This document shows positions 26,030 to 38,200 of a DNA stretch of 64,000 bases, one piece after another; position 1 is the first letter of the stretch; each line of letters starts with the position of its first letter. Origin of the DNA: Camelus ferus (Eukaryota); contig NC_045696.1 in NCBI RefSeq assembly GCF_009834535.1, positions 1,178,001 through 1,242,000 on the forward strand, given 5' to 3'. The position numbers were made by a program, and so were the translations under genes. The notes beneath the pieces were generated by a model. That model saw only the letters and a list, made by a program, of their open reading frames with translations, had not been told where the DNA came from and ran no database searches.

Positions 26030-27115
26030 TTTTAAATTGGATTATAGTTGATTGACAGTACTGTGGTAGTTTCAATGTGCAGCAAAGTGATTTGGTTATA
26101 TATATGTATTGTTTTTCAGATTATTTTCCATCGTAGGTCACTGCAAGATATTGCACAGTGTTCCATGTGTTTCACGGTAAGTCCTCGTGGCTTATCTGTC
26201 TTACACATAGCGGCGTGCATCTGCTAGTCCCAAGCTCCTGCTTTATCCCTCCCGCCCCCGCCCCCTGAAGTTTGTTTTCTGTGTCTGTGAGCCTGTTTCT
26301 GTTTTCTAAATAAGTTCATTTGCATTATTTTTCAGATTCCACATATAAATGATATCATATGACATTTGTCTTTCTCTGTCTGACTTACTGCACTCAGTAG
26401 GATCATCTCTAGGTCCATCCGTGTTGCTGCAAATGGGAATATTTCACTCTTTTTGATGGCTGAGTAGTATTCCATTGTGTACATACACCACAGCATCTTT
26501 ACCCAGTCATCCACTGATGGATGTTTAGGCTGTTTCCATGTCTTGCCTGTTGTAAACAGTGCTGCTGTGAGCACTGGGGTGCAGGTGTCTTTTTGAACTA
26601 GAGTTTTCATCTTTTCAGGATACATGCCCAGGAGTGGGACTGCTGGATTGGATGGTAAGACTATTTTTAGTTTTTTGAGAAATCTCTGTACTGTTTTGCA
26701 TAACAGCTGCATCAAACTACATTCCCATCACAATGTAAGGGGCCCCTTTCTCCACACGCTCTCCAGCATTTATCATTGTGGACTTTTTGGTGACGGCCAT
26801 TCTGGCCCGTGTGAGGTGACGCCTCGTTGTGGGTTTGATCTGCGTTTCTCTGACAATTAGCAGCATAGACCCCCTCCTCACGTGCCTCTTGGCCGCCTGT
26901 GCGTCTTCCTGGGAGACACGTCTGTTTAGGTCTTCTGCCTAGACTTTGACTGGGCTGGCTGTTTTGTTTCGCGTTTGCTATTGCGCAGAAGGAGCTGTGT
27001 GCGTATTTGGAGAGTAAGCCCTTGTCAAGCGCACATTTTCTCCCAGTCGTAGGCTGACTTTCCATCTTGTCGATGGTTTTCTTTGCTGTGCAAAGGCTGG
27101 TAAGTTTGAATAGGC
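26030..27115 (-). mobile_element. LINE-1 3' fragment (ORF2 C-terminus plus 3' UTR)
   Basis: Minus ORF 26332..26715: LCKTVQRFLKKLKIVLPSNPAVPLLGMYP...[11 protein letters not shown]-rich tail at 26030. Confidence 0.93.
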
Positions 27116-28799
27116 GGGACATTCATCTCTTAGCCCAAGTCCCTGGGAGCTCAGTTCTCACTCTGCAGCCAAGAGCCCTCCCCAGCACGTGGACGCAGTG
27201 GCCCTCCTCTGAGGGCCCCTGAGAACCAGCCCCTCAGGGCATTTGACAAACCTCAGCACATGTTGGCTTTAACTACTGTATTTTAATATTTGGTATTTGG
27301 CACAAATTCCATTTAATTGTGAAATTGTCCCAGCACCCCATGTCCCCAGGTGCTGTTTTGGGCTCTGGGTTTAAGCTCCTTTGGAACTATTTGCCCAGAT
27401 GTGGCTCTCTGGTCTGAAAGGTTCCCATGGACAAGGATTGCGATGCGAGCCTCACCTGCTTTCTCCAGCTCCGACCCTGCTCCAGCAGCTCGGCCAGAAG
27501 CATGCCATCTTTCCCGAAGGGAACAGCCCAGACCACGCGGTCTGCCAGCCTGCATCACCCCAGGCACTGACCGCAGCCAACTGCGTGCTCACAAAGCAGT
27601 ATCTTTCCTCCTCTGAGACCTTGTGTTCACCACACTTTGACAGCACGTCACTATCACTCACTGAAGGAGAAGCTTCCCCGATTTTGAATCGATCTTGGTA
27701 GATGTAATTTTATTATATGATTCTTATGATAAATACCTTTCTCAGCACATTTCTGTCAACTAACAAAATTCAGAGAAGGGAACTTTTCAAGGAATTTTAA
27801 GTGGGTTATTCTTAAAAATGCTTCTGTGTCATCTTTTTAAATGTTCAGTAACTTCACGTTGAGGTGTTTTCCCCTGCGCCATCAGATACGTTCTCCATTG
27901 GACGTGCGAAAACCAAGCCACGAGCTAATCTCTGGGATAAAGGTCCCTTAGGTAAGCGCTGAAAACCAGAGTGGCTCGGTGACGGCAGCGGTTCCCGTGC
28001 GCGTCCTGCGGGGCGGGTGGGCACGCGTCCGAGCGCGCCCAGAGGGCCCGTCAGCGGCAGCTCAGAGTCAGCCGCCGGCCCCGCCACCCGGCCTCACTCA
28101 GGGGACTCCGGGGGTGACAGAGGGCCACACCTGGGACACGCACACTGTCCCCAGAACAAAGGGAGAAAGAAAAAAAGAGGATGGGACATTGCGAAGTTAT
28201 GGAACTATCATGTTCCATTTTGTAGTGGTAAATTTAGGAGCTCGATTAAATGGACGATTTTCTTGAAAATACAAAGTACAAAGCTGACTCAGTAGAAATA
28301 GATTCAGTAATTCCAGCGGTGGGGGAGGGGCACGGGAAAAAAAGTAGCTGCAGTTTTGCCCCTGAAGCGGCACCAGTTTCTTGTGATTCTGCCACCTGTA
28401 CAGGGTAATCGCTCTGCAAAGGGGAGACAGGAAGTCCCGCGTTCAGGACCCAAGCCCTGGGGACCGACTGCTGAGTTCCAGTTCCACCTCCACCTCCTAC
28501 CAGCCGGGCGACCCTGGGCTGGCCCCCGAAACAGCCTGCGCCCCAGACATGAGAATGGTGCCTTGTTCACGGGTTCGTTGCAGGTTAAAGACTTAACTCT
28601 CGTAAAACGCACAGAGCTGTGCCCGTGGCACAGCAAGAGCTCGACGCAGAAGGGCCGCTGTGAAGAGCCACTACTGCTCCCCAGCACAGAAAAAGAGAAA
28701 GCACCGTGATCCATTCCACGCAGGTAGTCAGAGCCCGAAAACCGGCGGTGGGGACCACACACACCGCCCATCCCGCCACAGCGGGGCCACGGTTTGTGA

Positions 28800-30110
28800 C
28801 AGGGACGTGGTTACTCTAAATAAAGCTTTGACAAACGGAATCCCAATCCGACGCACCAGGAGCAAGGGAAGCCTTATCTCAGGAATGCAAGGATGAGTCA
28901 GCATTCTGAAATGCTAGCATAATTCCACACGTTAAGAGATTAAAAAGAGGACGACTCCTTGATCATCTCGAAAGACAGTCAGTCCTCCAAAAACCATTTG
29001 GTACAAATTAACGCTTTTACACCAAATTTCAAGCACCCACAACTGCAAGAGCCTCAGGAAGCCGGGGCGGCAGGGAAGCCCCCGGCCTCTGACGCCGCAC
29101 GCAACACGCTGGAGCAGAGAGCTTGCATGAAGGGCCCGAGAGCAAACATTCAGGGTTTTGGGGCCACGTGGTCTGAACCAACTGCTTGTCGTTGCTGTCG
29201 TAGCAGCAGAAGCAGGAGACGACATGAAAATGAGTGGGAATGGTGTGTGCCAATAACATTATCTACAAAGAGACGACTGTGGGCTGGATTTGGCCCCTGG
29301 CCATAGTCTGCAGACCCTCGCTTTAGAGCCATTCACATTACACGTAGAAACAAGAGAAAGATACCTCATTTTACACTGCAGTCCTAATGAGTGTAATAAT
29401 GCAAGAATATACATACATGAAGTGCAAATACTAGAAAGGCAGAGATAAAAACACAATGATTTGCATAATTACAGGACTATTTGCCTAGAAAATCCAAAAC
29501 AATCAGCTGGCAAATCATTAGAATTAAAAGTGGCCAATTTTAAGGTCAACATACAAAAACAATCGCATTTATTACAACAGCAGTATATAACTGAAACCTT
29601 TCATGAGGAAAGGTGTCCCATTCGTGACAGCAATAAAACCCAGGAACAAACCAAGAAATGAGCAATTCTGAAATAAAAGAAAGCTGGAAAACGTTACTGA
29701 AGTTCTAAATACCTCAAGGGACAGACCCAGGCCTGAGCAGGACACCCCACCACACCGATGGCAGTTCTCCAAATTGCGCTCATACACTCAGTGCAATTCC
29801 GATAAAAGTGCCAACAGGGTTGGTTTGAAAACAGCTGACTCAAAACTTCATGTGGAAGAGAAAATGTCCAGGATTCACTGAGACGTTTTGAAAGGACAGA
29901 AGGAACTTGCTGTAAAGCCATTGCAATGTACACAACACTGTACAGAACATTGTGCAGAAATTGACACGTACTTCAGGATGGAAAGATTATGTTTGTGGGA
30001 ATTTAGTTCATGAAGGAAGGTGGCATATCTTGTCAGTGAAAGAAGGGTACCTTTTCCAGAAAATGACAATGTGACAATTGTCTTGAATCTGAAAAAGAAA
30101 CTATTAAACC
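28800..30110 (+). mobile_element. Old LINE-1 ORF2 reverse-transcriptase region, degenerate, interrupted by MER58
   Basis: atctcaggaatgcaaggatg (cf. IPGMQGW), tgcctagaaaatccaaaacaatcagctggcaaa (cf. YLENPK.S), aaggtcaacatacaaaaa (cf. KVNIQK). Confidence 0.75.
29110..29320 (-). mobile_element. MER58A-like hAT-Charlie non-autonomous DNA transposon
   Basis: aagggcccgagagcaaacatt...ggggccacgtggtct...tgtgccaataacattatctacaaag...gggctggatttggcccctggccatagtctgcagaccc matches the reverse complement of MER58A as recalled. Confidence 0.75.
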
Positions 30111-33100
30111 CCAGCAAGGCACAGCGCTGGTGCCCACGCCCTCCCTTCCGCTCAGGGCAGCTTCTCCACCGGGGGAGCTGAGCCACGGTTGTTTGTTTCT
30201 TTGTTTCCATTTGTTTCTTTGTCTCCACGGTACTGCTCAAGCTCAGAACTTCAGGTGAGCCTAGTCCTCCAGCATCCATGCAGAGAGGGGGCTGAGTACG
30301 GGTGGGGACCCCACCTGACGGAGAAGGGAGATTGCTGGGGGGGGGACACGGGGGTGGTCACCGCGACAGGAGACATCCACACCTCCTGGGGTGAAAAGGG
30401 AACAGAGACAAGGGAGGGGCCCAGCAGTGGGACCCCCGAGCCCCCTGCCAGGCTTGCTCCCCCTCCACGGCCGCCCTGGGGGTCTGGGGGGTGTCGGGCC
30501 TCAGCTACAGTGATTAGGCTGATGGGACTCTGGATAAAGGACCCTCACTTCCTCACTGGGTTCCAAACACGACTCCCCTAATTCCACCCTCTGAGTTTCT
30601 GGAACTCAGCTGGAAGAAAACGAGATGCGGCCAGACCCAGGGCCCAGGCCACACAGGGCAGGGCCACGTGGAGCTGTTACGCAGTGCTCAGTGGGCGGGG
30701 TCTCCTTGCAAGTCGGCCTCATTCTGGGATGAACCCTCTGTTCTTCCGTTGACGCGATCGTCCTGGAGGGATGTGGACGAGTCCTTGAACCCGCCCTCGA
30801 AACATAAATAAGCAGCCTGTTTGATAAAACAAATTACGCACTTTTTGACATTTGCTGGTGTTTTGATCCCAGAAAGGCTGCGGGAATCATTCTCACTGAA
30901 CCCTGTGCCCCCACAACCTGGTGGCTCTCTGCTCACAGAAACACGATTTCCCACAACTGCACCCTGCCTCCCAGCTGGGCCAGAGGGGAGCCTCCCACAA
31001 AGATACAGGTGTTTGCCAGGATCCTGCCCCCCAGCAGAAAGCCCACTCCTGGAGCCACGGATGGGGAGCCGGCCTCCTGAGCCGCTCACTTCTAATTCAG
31101 AGCCTAACCTGGGGACCCTAAACACTGCTGAATGCCTTTCTGAGTCACCTGGGCTGGAGGGGCCTGATTTTTCTTTCCAGGAACAGACGTAGCGCAGCCT
31201 CCGTTTTAGGGGCTGACTTCCACGCTGAGTCTAGCCCCACCCTGCACCCCAAGGAGGAGAGGCCCTTCTCTGCCCCGGGCTGGGAACCTGGCTCCGTGGA
31301 GTTCTGAAGCACTGCATCACCACCAGGTCCAGTATCCCTGCAGAGTGGCCCCTGCACCTGAATAAGCCCCCTCCCTGGGCCTTCCTTGCCCCCACACGAC
31401 CGCACCCCATGCTATGCCTGAGCCCCAGGGCTCTGCGTGTCCAGAGCAGGCAGGTGGGACCAGAGTCAGGTGCCCACCAGGTCCCAAGGAAGAGAGGTCT
31501 GCCTCTGCATCAGGGGGAGGTAACCCCACGTGGCCAGCAGGACAGTGCCTCGCCACGCTCTCAGGGTGGACCTCCAGGACCCCTGGGAGCAGTCTCCCTG
31601 CAGGTGTTATAAGCCGTCATCAGGAGGGCAGGCTTTTCTTCGGGCAGATCGTCTGGCAGTGCTGGGCCCATGTGCTGATCACAGGAACCTGCACTCCCCC
31701 AGGAAACCCCAGGCAGCCTCACAACTTGGTCACTTGGTGACCTGGGTCCCATGGGCTCCTTGGCCATCCCACGAGGACAGTCCTGGCAGGCGGTCCCCAG
31801 GTGCTCCTGTTAAGAAATTCCCCTGGGTTTCTGTGGTCACAGAGCCCACACCAGAAGGCTCCTGCCCTGCAGTGACCACCCCCCCCCCAGCAGTCAGCTC
31901 CCCTGTGCATGTCCAGGGACAAATGGCAGGACTTTACTGCCAGGAACTGTGGTGAACAAGGGGGTGGGATTCCATACTAAGTCCAGGATCCTGGTAACTC
32001 ACTCTGTACCCCAAAAAGCATCCATGAGAAATGTGTATATTGGGGTGTCTATGCCCCCAGGAGAGCTGCTCCTCAGGGGTCCTGGGGACTCTCCAGCCCC
32101 TCTCAGGTTTCTCAGAGCCTGGGTCTAAATGTTCTGCCTCCCTCCTTGGGTAGATGGCCACCCATGTCTCGTGGTCAGGGGCCACTTTATTGCACGATTT
32201 GGCATGTTCTCAGACCAGTCCTCCTCCCCTGTGCCTGACCTCCGAGATGTGGGCTGTGTGGGGCCAGGGGGCCCTAAGGCTGCCCCTTCCCTCCCCTCCT
32301 CTGCCCCCACCCCTAGGGCCACCCCCAGGTGGGCTGGGAGGTGGACACCACTGGACAAAGCAGGGTGCCCCCACCCCGGGAAGCCCATCTGTGCCCTTCT
32401 CTGAAGAGGACACCACAGCCCCACGCCTCCTCCCAGGGGTCTGCTCAGGACATGGTTCCCCAGGTCTGGGAAGGGCCTCGCCCTGGAATCCTTGCTTCCA
32501 GAAGAATCTCTCTGTCTCTCTTCAGAGTTTAGAGTTGTCCCCATGTCCCTGCCAACCAGGATGCCCAGCACTGGCCCTTCAGAGACCTGGGGAGACAAGG
32601 AAGAGATGTGGCCCCAGGTCTCACAGACACCCCTGCCGGGACGCCAGGCCAAAGGGCCGTCCTCCTCCCTTCTGGGGTGTGGATCCTGTGGCTCCTCTTT
32701 GCAGGAAGCTGGACTGGGCAGTGGAGCCCAGAGCAGCTCTTGGGGCTCTCTGGGCAGGGAAGACTTGGGCCAGGCGGCCTTGCCTGGATTCCCTGCTGGG
32801 CAAGCTGAAAACCCCCAGTTCTCTGGCTGTGTCTGGAGGCTCCTGGAGGCTCCTGGAGCCTCAGGGCGGGGCCCTTTCTCTCTGCCTCCACGGCCTCGAG
32901 GCCGCGCTGGCGCTGGCGTGGGGAAAGAGCTCTCTTGCCCTCTGGTGGCCAAGTCATCACAGGTGGATGCCGCGGGGAGGCCAGGGCGAGGCAGTGCTTG
33001 CTCAGATGTGAGTTGTTTGGCAACTTGACACCTGGTCAACGAATCTTAAACATTGGAAAGAGGAACTTGCCTGGAAAGAAGGAAGTTAATTTCAGTTACT

Positions 33101-34369
33101 TGTATAAAGATTTCTCTCTTTCCTTAAAGACTAACAAAACCTCTCCCAGGTCACTCCCGGCAAGAACCATAATCCAGCGATCAACCAGGAAATGTGGGAG
33201 GAGCGGGGTGGGGGTGGGGGAGGGGAGGGGCGATCAGAGCCGGAGAGCAGGTGCCACTCCCTGCAGTAGCACACTGGGCAGTGGCTGTTGGCACCCAGCC
33301 TTTCATCTGGGGGGTGTTTCCAAAAAAATAAAAACAATTTTGGAAGGGCCACGGAGGACACCGAGACCTCCCAGAATGGACAGCAGGAGCAGAGTCACCA
33401 TGCTGGCCCTGGGCTCTGGAGCCGGACCTGCAGTGGAGACAACGGGTCTTCTGAGAAGTGACTCCCAGCACATTCGGGGCTGTTTCGGGCTCTGTCCCAG
33501 CTGAAGTGTGTAACCCCCAACCTCCAGGAAGAGGCGCAAGGCTCCCCACCCAGGCTGTGTTGTCTTGTTGGGGAAGAGGGATCTGTGGTTGTGGGACGTT
33601 TTGGGCTGTCTCTAAAAACTGCCTTGGCCGCAGCTTGCGTCCCAGTCACCGGTTCCAGGGCGACAGAAAAGCACACCCTGCATCCCTGTGCACTCACATC
33701 TTCCCGGAAGAGCAAGTATTTGCCTGTGAAAACGCCAGCTGCTCTTCTAGGGCGGCCTAATGCCCAGCAGTGTGGGCGGTGCGCTCCTGGGCAGGGACAG
33801 GAGGAGAGGGGCCAGCGGTCCTCAGCCAGGCAGGGGCCCAGCGTGGCAGTGGCGCTGTGGGTGTGTGGCGGGGAGGGCCGTGCAGGGAACCCTGTCTGCA
33901 GGGCCTCTGTGCACCCCTGCATTATGGACTGAGATTTCATACCAGGAACTACAAAGGCTCCAGTCGTCCTAACCGGTCAGATACAACCCCCACCCTCGGG
34001 CTGGAGCCACCAGGAGCTCAGTACCTCTAACAGAGACAGTGCCCAGTATGGGGAGAGGTCATGGGGCACTTCAGGGTCAGGGGCGGTGGTGCTGGGGAAG
34101 GAAGGGGGTGCAGTGAAGGGCGGGGGAGCAGGGCCCCTTGCTCTGGGGTGAGGGTTCTTGAGACCACAGAGCATGGCACACACCATCCCCACCCTATACC
34201 CCAAATTCCTAGCCCCGTCAACACAGAGGCTGCTCTGCGCCCTCTCACCGTGGCTCTCCAGTGAGACCGCACCCAACCCAGCATCTGGCTCCCCCGTCCT
34301 GACCGCCTCCTGCCCTACCTCCCCTCTTGGGAGAGACCCTGTCTTCTCGGAAACTGCCCGGCAACGCGA

Positions 34370-35290
34370 ATTCAAGGCCTGCAGCGAGCTTGGCGGATCT
34401 GCAGTTCAGGTGCCCTACCTGGCCAGTAGTGCGGGCTTGGGGTCAGTCCTCTAGCTTGCCCACCCGCAGCCCCGGTCCACGTCCCGTGCAAGCGGAGGCC
34501 GGAGAGCCCATGCCGAGCCCCGCGCGCCAGGCAGGTGAGAGTGCCCGCGCCCCTGGACGCGTGGCCACGCCCCCAGCCCCGCTGCCCCGCCCACCGGCGG
34601 CAGCCCCGCCCCAGCCTCCTGCGGGCGCAACCTGCAGGTGAAGACGCCCACGCAGCCCAACCCACCCCGGCCCCGCCCACAGCCGCCGGCCACGCCCACA
34701 GCCCCCGGCCCCGCCTAGCTGCTCCCATCAGCCCCGCCCCCGTCCTGGCCCCGCCCCAGCCCACAGCTGCTCCGCCTGTTCTGCCCTCCGACACCCAGCC
34801 TCGGGAGGACGCACGACGCAAGCGCTAGGGGAGGGCCCCGCGGCATTGCCGTGGCTACAGGCTACGCGTTCCTCGGGGGCCGGCGTACACTTCCGGGGCG
34901 GAGCGCGGCCTCCGGAAGTGCGTGGCCGCCCGGGGCCATGGCGGCGCTCGCCGTCGTCTGCCTGCTGCTCGGGACGGCGACCTGGCCGCCGGCCTCGGCC
35001 TCGGGCGAGGAGTTCTGGCCCGGCCAGTCGGCGGCCGACATCCTGTCGGGAGCGGCGTCCCGCAGACGGTAGACGCGCGTCCGTGCTGTCGGCGGGGCCG
35101 GTGGGCAGGGACCGGGTTGGGGGTGGGGGCCGGGGCTGGGCTGTGGAGCCGGGGCGCCGGTTGGGGGCCGCGGGGCGGAGGGCGGGGGTGCGGGGCTGGG
35201 GCAGGGCCTCGGGGTCCCCTCCGCCTGGGGCGCTGGGGTCCGGGGCGCGAGTCGGCCTCCCAGAGCCCCCCCCCGGGAAGGGCAGGCGGG
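34370..35290. promoter_or_regulatory. CpG-island, TATA-less promoter of POFUT2
   Basis: Very high CpG density around exon 1. Five GCCCCGCCC plus two GCCACGCCC (Sp/KLF) boxes in 34564-34756. ETS/GABP motifs CACTTCCGG 34888-34896 and CCGGAAGTG 34912-34920. Confidence 0.9.
34938..35068 (+). CDS. POFUT2: POFUT2 coding exon 1 (signal peptide)
   Basis: [43 protein letters not shown]; donor CG|gtagac. Confidence 0.95.
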
Positions 35291-38200
35291 GGCCCCTCTT
35301 AGAGAAGTGGGGCCTTGCCCGGGGTTGGAAGAGCCCCAGAATCAGATGTTGGAATGGGGTGGTTTATCAGCCTTGTTTATCTGCAGGGAATTTCAGTTCC
35401 ATTCAGATGTTGGTTCCTTCGGTAAAGCTCAGGAATAAGAAACAAGAGTGATTGCCGTTCAGCGGTTCTTGAGGGCTTGACCCAGAACAGACTGTGCGGG
35501 GTGTAGGGATGGTAGATGAGCCCCTTCCTCTCAGGGTTGGCGGTCTTCTGGGATTAGAGGCCCCAGCTGAGGATTCCATCCTCATCTGCAGGAAGGAGGT
35601 GGTGGGAAAAACTAACACAGGGAAGGGAGGGGTGTGGCGGCGGTAACTCATGACAGAAGCCCGGACCCTTGCCTGGCTCTTGTGTAGGGGAGTCTCGCCT
35701 AGGACAGGGCAGCAGTTCTCAAAGTGTGTCCCAGGGCCCCTGCGGTGCCAGACCATGTTTGTAGAAACGCTGGGATGTCACCTGCCATTTGCACTCTCCC
35801 ACTGTCCCGAGTTTCCTGTGGGGTTTTCCAGAGACCACCTGGCATGTGATATCACAGAACACGGAATGCAGAGGCAGACAGGAGAATCCAGCTCTCACCA
35901 GTTCAAAAAGAGATTTGCAAAAATTACAATCACTGCTACTCTTCTCACTAATGATTTTTGTTTTGAAAAATATTATTTTTTGTTTAGGAGTGTTAATGAC
36001 AAAATGTAATAGGTTATTACTGTTATTTTTAAGTGAACCCATAAATATATTTTGAAGTTCTTACTTTAACTTCTAACACAGGAACTGTTGGTAGGTTTAA
36101 CCCACATGAACAGCAGCCTTTTGGGGTCCTCAATAATTGTTAAGAGTGCACAGGGGTCTGTAGACCAGGAATTTTGAGAGCCCCTGGAGGACGGATGCTC
36201 AGGTGCTAGTCAGGTGCTAGCTGGTGTTAAACGGATGCCAAGATGTCTTCTGCATCTGCTCCCAGGCTCTTTAAGTAATGGGCCACGTGGAGATGGGTAG
36301 GCAGTGCCTCCACTTTAGGAACCAGAAGCTGCTGAACATGACTGGAGTCTGGGACACGGACTGTGGGTGTGGGAGCTGGGTTTCCGTGCAGAGGCCTTGC
36401 CCTGAAGGACTGCTCTCTTGTGCTCCCTGCCAGGTACCTCCTGTACGATGTCAACCCCCCGGAGGGCTTCAACCTCCGCAGGGACGTCTACATCCGCATC
36501 GCCTCCCTCCTGAAGACGCTGCTGAAGACGGAGGACTGGGTGCTGGTGCTGCCCCCCTGGGGCCGCCTCTACCACTGGCAGAGCCCCGACATCCACCAGG
36601 TCCGGATTCCCTGGTCCGACTTTTTTGATCTTCCAAGTCTCAACAGAAACATCCCCGTCATTGAGCACGAGCAGTTCATGGCAGGTGAGGCGGTGGGCGT
36701 TCTGGTTGTGGTGTGAGCCTCGGGCTGCCTTGCCCCCGGCCTGCTGCCTCAGCCTTTGCTCTGCGTGGGGCCGTGCTCGTGCTGCCCGCGCGACCAGCGA
36801 TCTTGGTCTTTCCGTGCTTTTTCTCGGGCAGCAGACCTGAAGTGTGCGAGCTCTGCGTCCCCTAGCCTCTGGAGACCCTGGCCTCTGGGTGGGTTGGCGC
36901 GGTGACGAGGAGGCCACTGCCACAGAGGCCTTGTCCCAGCAGGACTCGCTCCCTGTGCAGCCAGGGCCGCTCTCACTTGAAGGAGAACACGGCGCACGTG
37001 TGGTGTGGGCCCCATGCTGGCCTAGATGTGTGACCGCGCGTCCAGTTTAATTTGGTCCTGCTCAGACTTCCCATGTTAGCGTTTGTAAGAGGGAAGAGTT
37101 GAAGATTTTCTTTGAATAAGGTTATTCAGAGCTTATTACTGTTTTTTTTATTGAAGTGTGGCTGATTTACAATGTTGTGTTAGTTTCAGGTGTACAGCAG
37201 TGATTCAGTTGTACACATACAGTCTATTCTTTTCCAGATTCTTTTCCATTGTAGGTTGCAAGATACTGAATATTTTTCCGTGTTACACAGTGAATCCTTG
37301 TTGTTTGTCTGTTTTATGTATAGTAGTTTGTATCTGTTAATCCCAAACTCCTAATTTATCCCCCTTTTCTTTCCCATTTGGTAACCATAAGTTTGTTTTC
37401 TAAGTCTGTGAGTCTGTTTTTGTTTTGTAAATAAGTTCATTTGTATCGTTTTAAAAAAAATTCCACATACGGGTGATAAATGATACTTGTCTTTCTCTGT
37501 CTGACTCACGTCTCTTAGCATGATAATCTCTAAGTCCATCCATGTTGCTATAAATGGCATTATTTCGTTCTTTTTTGTGACTGAGGAATATTCTGTTTTA
37601 ACATTTATTTTGTCTGTATATATGATACCACATCTTCTTTATCCAGTCGTCTGTCGATGAACATTTCGGTTGCTTGTATGTCTTGGCTATGGTAAATAGT
37701 GCTGCTGTGAACACTGGGGAGTGTGTGTCTTTTAGAGTTAGAGTTCTCTTTGGATATCTGCCCGGGAGTGGGATTGTGGGGGCATATGGCAGGTCTGTGT
37801 TCAGTTTTTTAAGGAATCTCCATACCGTTTTCCATAGTGGCTGCACCAGCTTACATTCCCAATAGCAGTGTAGGAGGCTCCCTGTTCTCCACAGCCTCTC
37901 CAGCATTTGTTACGTGTAGACTTTTTGATGACGGCCGTTCTGACTGGCGTGAGGTGACAGCTCATTGTGGTTGGATTTGCATTTCTCTGATGATTGGCGG
38001 TATGGACCGTCTTTTCCTGGGCCTGGTGGCCGTCGGGACGTCTTCTTTGGAGACACGTCTGTTTCGATCTCGTGCCCGTTTTCAATTGGGTTTTTAAATG
38101 TTTTTGACACTGAGCTGTATGTGCTATTTGTGTGTTTTGAAAGTTAATCCCTTGTCAGTCACATTGTTTATAAATATTTTATCTCACTCTTTAGGTTGTC

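Noticed and set aside
34851..34937. In-frame upstream GTG that would extend the POFUT2 N-terminus by 29 aa
   Set aside because: It lies within the promoter motifs, probably upstream of the transcription start. The ATG at 34938 has a strong Kozak context and gives the expected 429-aa protein with a signal peptide.
36200..36225. Short tandem duplications (tcaggtgctag x2 here; cagcc(a/g)actggt x2 near 24320)
   Set aside because: Too short to be informative; common slippage products.
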